From assembly GCA_000091165.1 (NCBI GenBank), contig FP565575.1, positions 810,001 to 842,000 of the forward strand: DNA of 32,000 nucleotides. Direction: 5' to 3'. Every line of letters begins with the position of its first letter. Position 1 is the stretch's first letter. Made by a program: the position numbers and the translations under genes. The notes under the pieces were generated by a model. It was not told the DNA's origin and made no database searches. It was given only the letters and a program-made list of their open reading frames with translations. Below, in pieces: positions 27,080-32,000 of this stretch. The DNA is from Candidatus Methylomirabilis oxygeniifera. Its GTDB lineage: Bacteria > Methylomirabilota > Methylomirabilia > Methylomirabilales > Methylomirabilaceae.

Positions 27080-27202
27080 GAAAACCCCCTCAATCCCCCT
27101 TTACGAAAGGGGGAGGTAAGGAAACGTATGAGTATCCCCCGTTTTGAAAGGGGGGTCTGGGGGGTTTGTCTGAAGTGGACGGCTGAGTGCTGGTTGCTGA
27201 AC
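27080..27202 (+). repeat. Dispersed repeat, CCCCCTTTACGAAAGGGGG family, copy 2, upstream of hsp20
   Basis: CGAAAACCCCCTCAATCCCCCTTTACGAAAGGGGGAGGTAAGGAAACGTATGAGTATCCCCCGTTTTGAAAGGGGGGTCTGGGGGGTTTGTC; matches 5085-5203. Confidence 0.85.
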
Positions 27203-27231
27203 ACTCTTTTCCACGGGAAGGAGGAACGACC

Positions 27232-27675
27232 ATGGCGCTCACAAAGTGGACACCCTTCGGTGATTTGACCACGTTCAGGCGAGAGATGGACCGAGTGTTC
27301 GAGCGATTTTTCGGTGAGCTGCCTCGTCTGGACCTGTCCGGGGCGGGATGGACTCCGCATCTGGACATGACCGAAACCAAGGACCGCGTGATGGTAAAGG
27401 CGGAGCTGCCCGGGCTGGACGCCAAAGACCTGGATATCACCATCTCCGGGAACACGCTGACCCTGAAGGGGGAGAAGCGGCACGTGAAAGAGGAACACGA
27501 CGAACACCACCACCTGCTTGAGCGTGCGTATGGCGCGTTTACGCGAACGGTCGAACTGCCGGCGCCGGTAGCCTCCGATAAAATCAAAGCAGCCTTTAAG
27601 GACGGGGTGCTGACCATCACCCTTCCAAAGACAGAGGAAGCCAAGCGAAAGGCGATTCCGATTCAGATCGAATGA
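27232..27675 (+). CDS. hsp20: Hsp20/alpha-crystallin family small heat shock protein
   Basis: ALTKWTPFGDLTTFRREMDRVFERFFGE...VKAELPGLDAKDLDITISGNTLTLKGEKRH...LERAYGAFTRTVELPAPVASDKIKAAFKDGVLTITLPKTEE; GGGAAGGAGG RBS. Confidence 0.97.
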   Translation: MALTKWTPFGDLTTFRREMDRVFERFFGELPRLDLSGAGWTPHLDMTETKDRVMVKAELPGLDAKDLDITISGNTLTLKGEKRHVKEEHDEHHHLLERAYGAFTRTVELPAPVASDKIKAAFKDGVLTITLPKTEEAKRKAIPIQIE

Positions 27676-27760
27676 ATAGCGCGAAGTGCGTGGTGCGACG
27701 TGTCATGTACGTCGCGTCTCGGACTGTTCGCATCGCACCGCGCACCGGGAGGAACGTCCC

Positions 27761-28279
27761 ATGAAGACAGCCATAGTTGCGCGCAGGCATTACGACACTG
27801 CATCGTCCAAGAAGAGCGTAGATACCGAGACCGATTCTTATCTGGCCAAAGGTGCGCCCGGTAAGATGGTCTGTCACGGGTGTCATGCTATTTCAACGGG
27901 GAAGCGATGGTATCAGGATGAGGCAGTCTATGCCAAGCTTCTCAAAGCAGGAACGGTCAAAGAGATCTTCTGCCCGGCGTGTGAAAAGATTCGTGACGGC
28001 TATCCCAGCGGGCAGGTGACGCTGAAGGGACCATTCCTGGCTGAGCATCAGGATGAGATCCTGCACATCATTACCAACGAGGAGAAACGGGCCAGGGAGC
28101 GCAATCCGCTTCACCGGATCATGGGCCTCCGCGAGGAGAACGGACAGCTTGAGCTGACGACAACCGACGAGAAGCTGGCGCAGCGGATCGGACGGGAGCT
28201 TCACAAGGCCTGCGGAGGAACCGTCGCATACGGTTGGTCGCATGACAACAAATTCCTCCGGGTGCAGTGGGAGCGTTAA
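27761..28279 (+). CDS. BCAM0308-family protein with two CxxC pairs
   Basis: VCHGCHAISTGKRWYQDEAVYAK...EIFCPACEKIRDGYPSGQVTLKGPFLAEHQDEILHIITNEEKRARERNPLHRIM; ACCGGGAGGAACG RBS. Confidence 0.8.
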   Translation: MKTAIVARRHYDTASSKKSVDTETDSYLAKGAPGKMVCHGCHAISTGKRWYQDEAVYAKLLKAGTVKEIFCPACEKIRDGYPSGQVTLKGPFLAEHQDEILHIITNEEKRARERNPLHRIMGLREENGQLELTTTDEKLAQRIGRELHKACGGTVAYGWSHDNKFLRVQWER

Positions 28280-28296
28280 GCATAAGAGGCAGACCG

Positions 28297-29499
28297 ATGC
28301 CGCAGGTGCGTATCCAGAGGTTGCAGCAGCCATGCATCGGCGAGCAGCGGGTCGAGATCGTCGAGCGGAAAGGGCTGGGCCATCCCGATTCGATCTGCGA
28401 TGCGGTGATGGAAACGGCCGCGCGGGCCATCAACGCCGAATATCAACGGCGCTTCGGTCGGGTCCTTCACAACAATATCGACAAGGGACTGCTGGTGGCC
28501 GGGCGGGTGCGGCGGCGTCTCGGTGGGGGGCGTGTGCTGCAACCGATGGAGTTGGTGATCGGCGATCGCGCGACGTTCCGTGTCGGGAAGGTCCGCGTGC
28601 CGATCAAGGAGATCGCGGTCGAGGCGGCCAAGGAATGGTTCCGCCAGTCGTTGCGACATGTGGACCCGAACCGGCATCTGCGGTACCGGGTGGTGCTCGC
28701 GGAGGGCTCCGACGAATTGGCGGATATCTTCAAGCGAGAGGGTGTGAGAGAATCCAATGATACCTCGGCGGCTGTCGGCTATGCCCCCCTGAGCGAGACT
28801 GAACAGATGGTCCTGTGGGTGGAGCGATATCTGAACTCCACCGGCTTCAAGGCGGCGTGGCCTGAAACTGGAGAGGATGTGAAGGTCATGGGAATCCGCT
28901 CAGACCGGGAGCTGAATCTGACGATTGCCATGCCGCTCCTGTGTAAGGCGATTGCGTCTGAAGCAGCCTATTTCCGCAAGAAGGCGGAGATTGTGCAGGC
29001 GCTGCGCCAGGCGCTGCCGCCCTCGCCTGGCCTGGACACAATTGATCTGGTTCTGAACCCGCTGGATCGGGAGGGTCGCGGGCTGGGCGGTATGTATCTC
29101 TCGTTGCTCGGGACCTCAGCGGAGGACGCCGATTCCGGGCAGGTGGGAAGGGGTAATCGTGTCAATGGGGTGATTCCCCTGAACCGGCCGGTAGGTGGAG
29201 AGGCGGCGGCCGGGAAGAATCCGGTCAGCCACATCGGCAAGATCTATACCGTCCTGTCGCACCGGATGGCCGATCAGATCTACCGACAGGTCGATGGGGT
29301 GCGTGAAGTGTACGTCTGGCTTGTTGGTCGGATCGGCCAACCGGTCGATCAGCCGTGGGTAGCGGTCCAACTGATCCAGACGTCTGATGCGGAGTGCGAG
29401 CGAATTAAGCAGGAGTCCACGCTGGTGATCGATCACGAACTGAACCGCTTGAACGAGTTTTGTACGGAATTAACCGAGGGGAAGTATCCGGTTTGTTGA
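28297..29499 (+). CDS. S-adenosylmethionine synthetase, archaeal-type family
   Basis: VEIVERKGLGHPDSICDAVMETAARAINAEYQRRFG...LHNNIDKGLLVAGR...NDTSAAVGYAPLSETEQMVLWVERYLNS...GNRVNGVIPLNRPVGGEAAAGKNPVSHIGKIYTVLSHRMADQIY. Confidence 0.93.
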   Translation: MPQVRIQRLQQPCIGEQRVEIVERKGLGHPDSICDAVMETAARAINAEYQRRFGRVLHNNIDKGLLVAGRVRRRLGGGRVLQPMELVIGDRATFRVGKVRVPIKEIAVEAAKEWFRQSLRHVDPNRHLRYRVVLAEGSDELADIFKREGVRESNDTSAAVGYAPLSETEQMVLWVERYLNSTGFKAAWPETGEDVKVMGIRSDRELNLTIAMPLLCKAIASEAAYFRKKAEIVQALRQALPPSPGLDTIDLVLNPLDREGRGLGGMYLSLLGTSAEDADSGQVGRGNRVNGVIPLNRPVGGEAAAGKNPVSHIGKIYTVLSHRMADQIYRQVDGVREVYVWLVGRIGQPVDQPWVAVQLIQTSDAECERIKQESTLVIDHELNRLNEFCTELTEGKYPVC

Positions 29500-29520
29500 G
29501 GCCAAGGAAAGGAGCCGACG

Positions 29521-30165
29521 ATGCGAGTGAAGGATCGAATGAGGCGCTCACTGGTGAGTGTCGCACAATCCGATACATTGGATCATGCGCTGACAACGTT
29601 AAAGCGGTTCAATATCCGCCATCTTCCGGTGGTCAAGGGCGACCATGTGGTGGGGATTGTATCGGATCGTGACGTGAAGAAGGCCGCCCCCTCTCCCTTT
29701 GACTATCCGACTGCGGAGGAGTTTCGAGCCTTTACATCCGCAGTGAGTATCAAGGATATCATGACGAAGGAGGTGATTACGGTTGCTCCGCTCACTCCCA
29801 TCGAGGAGGCGGCCAGCCTAATGAGCCAGAAACGTATCGGAGCGCTGCCGGTCGTCCAGGAGGGAAGGCTGATCGGAATGCTTACCGAGACCGATGTCCT
29901 GGGTGTCATCACTGAGATGATGGGAGCGACACAGACCGGGTCTCGCATTGAGATTGAGATTCCCGCAAGTCCGGGAACGCTGACCGAGGTGATGGGGATC
30001 GTTGAGGCGCAGCAGGTGGAGATTGCCAGCCTTGTGACGCTGCCGGCTCGTGAAGGGGCGAGGCGTCTTGTGATCTTGAGGCTTCGGACCATCAATCCTG
30101 ACCCCGTCGTCAGAGCGTTGGAAGCGCGCGGCTATCCTCAGGTTGTCGGTGAGTTCGTACACTAA
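29521..30165 (+). CDS. Tandem CBS domain protein with C-terminal ACT-like domain
   Basis: VKDRMRRSLVSVAQSDTLDHALTTLKRFNIRHLPVVKGDHVVGIVSDRDVKK...IMTKEVITVAPLTPIEEAASLMSQKRIGALPVVQEGRLIGMLTETDVL..., then IEIEIPASPGTLTEVMGIVEAQQVEIASLVTLP. Confidence 0.92.
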   Translation: MRVKDRMRRSLVSVAQSDTLDHALTTLKRFNIRHLPVVKGDHVVGIVSDRDVKKAAPSPFDYPTAEEFRAFTSAVSIKDIMTKEVITVAPLTPIEEAASLMSQKRIGALPVVQEGRLIGMLTETDVLGVITEMMGATQTGSRIEIEIPASPGTLTEVMGIVEAQQVEIASLVTLPAREGARRLVILRLRTINPDPVVRALEARGYPQVVGEFVH

Positions 30166-30166
30166 T

Positions 30167-30223
30167 ACCCTCACCCGAACCCTCTCCCAGAGGGAGAGGG
30201 GAACAATGGGTTAGGGTGCGAGT
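30167..30223. repeat. CCCTCACCC / CCCTCTCCC-AGA-GGGAGAGGG intergenic palindromic element
   Basis: TACCCTCACCCGAACCCTCTCCCAGAGGGAGAGGGGAACAATGGGTTAGGGTGCGAGTGG: perfect 9-bp inner stem, imperfect outer stem, directly after a stop codon. Confidence 0.65.
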
Positions 30224-30266
30224 GGAAATAGGCAAGGGATGTACGACTCAGGACACGAGTGCCGTC

Positions 30267-31079
30267 ATGCAGAAGATTCTCATGAGTGTAGACGGCTCGT
30301 TCGCCGCAGAGGCGGGCGCGCGCTATGCCCTTGCGCTGGCCAAGGCCTGCGGAGCGGACCTTGATCTGCTCTTTGTTGCGGGGGATCAATCGGCCGGCGC
30401 GATGAGAAGCGCCAAGGAGTCGCTGCTGCGCCTGCTTCGGCAGGCGCATGCGCTTGGTCTTACCGCGCGAAGCGTGACGGAGATCGGCGATCCGATCCGA
30501 GTGATGCGGGACTACGTGGCGCGCGAAGGGATTACGCTGGCTATGGCATCCGTCACCGGACCGGAGGCGGCGCGTCGTCTCCTTCGCGAGGTTCCCTGCG
30601 CCATGCTGCTGGTGCGGGTGGTCCATCCCGGACGGATGGCGTCGCCGCACGAAATTCTGGTCCCGGTCTACGGCGGTGAGTTTGAAGGCGGCGGCCTCGA
30701 GGCGGCGGCCGATCTCCTGGCCAATCTTGGCGGATTCTGGCAGGCCCGTATCGTCCTTTTCCGGTTGAGGCAGCCGCTGGCGCGGCTGTTCGACCGCCCG
30801 CGCGTTGGCGAGGAGACGCCGGAACAGGCGGAACGCACGCTGCGTCCGTTTATCGCTGCGCTGTCCCGCCGGGGTCTGGCGCCTGGGACGCGGGTCTCGT
30901 TGGGCCGTCGTCACGGTCCTGGTATCACGGCTGAGGCGGCGGCCAGGCGTCATGATCTCATCTTTCTGGGGACGAAGGGGCCGAAGAGTGTTCTGCAATG
31001 GCTGCGTCGCGGAACCGTCGACCATGTAATGCGGAAGAGCCCGTGCGATCTGATGCTCTTCCGTCCCGCTGCCGCCTGA
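30267..31079 (+). CDS. Universal stress protein with two USP-like halves
   Basis: MQKILMSVDGSFAAEAGARYALALAKACGADLDLLFV...VPCAMLLVRVV; second half EILVPVYGGEFEGGGLEAAADLLANL...HDLIFLGTKGPKSVLQWLRRGTVDHVMRKSPCDLMLFRP. Confidence 0.85.
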   Translation: MQKILMSVDGSFAAEAGARYALALAKACGADLDLLFVAGDQSAGAMRSAKESLLRLLRQAHALGLTARSVTEIGDPIRVMRDYVAREGITLAMASVTGPEAARRLLREVPCAMLLVRVVHPGRMASPHEILVPVYGGEFEGGGLEAAADLLANLGGFWQARIVLFRLRQPLARLFDRPRVGEETPEQAERTLRPFIAALSRRGLAPGTRVSLGRRHGPGITAEAAARRHDLIFLGTKGPKSVLQWLRRGTVDHVMRKSPCDLMLFRPAAA

Positions 31080-31106
31080 GATCGTACGGGCGGGGGATGA
31101 GCGACC

Positions 31107-32000
31107 ATGCAGATTCACCGTCTGTCGGTCGAAGAGGCGCTGAAGGCTCTTGGAACCACCGACCAGGGGTTGAGCGAGGTCGAGGCGGAAAGACGACTCC
31201 GCGAATTCGGCCTCAACGCGCTTCAGGCCGCGGAAGACATACCGGTTCTGGCGATGCTGGGGCGGCAGTGTACGCACTTTCTGGCGCTTTTGCTGTGGGC
31301 GGCAGCAGCGCTGGCGTTCGTGGCCGATTGGATGAAGCCCGGCGAGGGGATGGATCTGCTCGCCTGGGCTATTATCGGGGTGATCGGGGTGAACGCCCTC
31401 TTCTCCTTCGTACAGGAGTACAAGGCGGAGCGAGCGATCATCGCCTTGAGGCGTCTTCTGCCGATGCGCGTGAAGGTCGTTCGGACCGGCGGCATCAGGG
31501 AGGTTCCGGCGTCCGATCTGGTGCCGGGTGATCTTACGATCCTGGCTGAGGGCGATCGAGTGCCCGCCGATGGACGGGTAATCGCCGCGGTCCAGTTCCG
31601 GGTCGACAACGCGCCGCTGACGGGCGAATCGATCCCTAAAAGCCGCACAGCGGAGGCTGCGGCGGCGGGGTCGCTTGCTGAGAGCGCCAATATCGTGTTT
31701 GCCGGCACCACCGTCCTCTCGGGGACGGCGAGGGTGGCCATCTTCGCCACCGGAATGAACACGGAGTTCGGCAAGATCGCCCACCTGACGTCGGGGATCG
31801 AGGCCGAATTGAGTCCGCTGCAGCACGAGATCCGAACAGTTACTCGACTGATTGCGGCGATCTCCATAGGTATCGGCTTCGCCTTTTTTGGACTTGGGGT
31901 GCTGATCGGCCGGAGCTTCTGGGAGAATTTTGTCTTTGCGGTCGGACTTCTGGTGGCCAATGTTCCGGAAGGCCTTCTCCCGACCGTCACCCTCGCATTA
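31107..32000 (+). CDS. Cation-transporting P-type ATPase (P2-like), N-terminal part, continues past window end
   Basis: Absent from the ORF track because open at the window edge; MQIHRLSVEEALKALGTTDQGLSEVEAERRLREFGLN...NALFSFVQEYKAERAIIALRRLLPMRVKVVRTGGIREVPASDLVPGDLTILAEGDRVPADGRVIAAVQFRVDNAPLTGESIPK...NVPEGLLPTVTLAL, 298 codons open. Confidence 0.93.
   Translation, partial: MQIHRLSVEEALKALGTTDQGLSEVEAERRLREFGLNALQAAEDIPVLAMLGRQCTHFLALLLWAAAALAFVADWMKPGEGMDLLAWAIIGVIGVNALFSFVQEYKAERAIIALRRLLPMRVKVVRTGGIREVPASDLVPGDLTILAEGDRVPADGRVIAAVQFRVDNAPLTGESIPKSRTAEAAAAGSLAESANIVFAGTTVLSGTARVAIFATGMNTEFGKIAHLTSGIEAELSPLQHEIRTVTRLIAAISIGIGFAFFGLGVLIGRSFWENFVFAVGLLVANVPEGLLPTVTLAL

Noticed and set aside
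30171-31826. 551-aa minus-strand ORF
   Set aside because: Antisense to the USP and P-type ATPase genes, which have clear family motifs.

Overview
The window carries three blocks. (1) 1-2200: the 5' part of a minus-strand secreted prenyltransferase/squalene-oxidase-like protein, cut by the window edge, followed by a gene-poor stretch and a small membrane ORF. (2) 2475-8375: a CusC/B/A-like heavy-metal RND efflux operon, with a Met/His-rich secreted protein further along at 13129-13587. (3) 8786-32000: a dense stress/energy locus with a CBS-domain site-2 protease, a small membrane protein, a YHS-domain/alpha-glucan phosphorylase fusion, FtsH, a receiver-only response regulator, a YVTN beta-propeller, CBS proteins, a two-gene pyruvate:ferredoxin oxidoreductase-like enzyme, a radical SAM/SPASM protein, universal stress proteins, an APH-like and a CysC-like kinase, Hsp20, a BCAM0308-family protein, an archaeal-type S-adenosylmethionine synthetase, a CBS-ACT protein and a P-type ATPase. 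The content resembles low-oxygen/stress islands such as the Burkholderia cenocepacia lxa region, which is an inference from gene content. Several signals are not in the ORF track. These are two edge-truncated CDSs (1-834 minus, 31107-32000 plus), a TerC N-terminal remnant, a decayed HicA toxin among orphan antitoxins, a duplicated 102-bp promoter/leader/start-codon module, a near-consensus sigma-54 promoter, and several dispersed palindromic repeat families. I found no tRNA, rRNA, CRISPR array or transposase. I did not identify a clearly new defence-type system. The best candidates for undescribed biology are the stress locus itself, the duplicated leader with its small membrane protein, and the YHS-phosphorylase fusion. 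All alignments and motif calls were done by eye.
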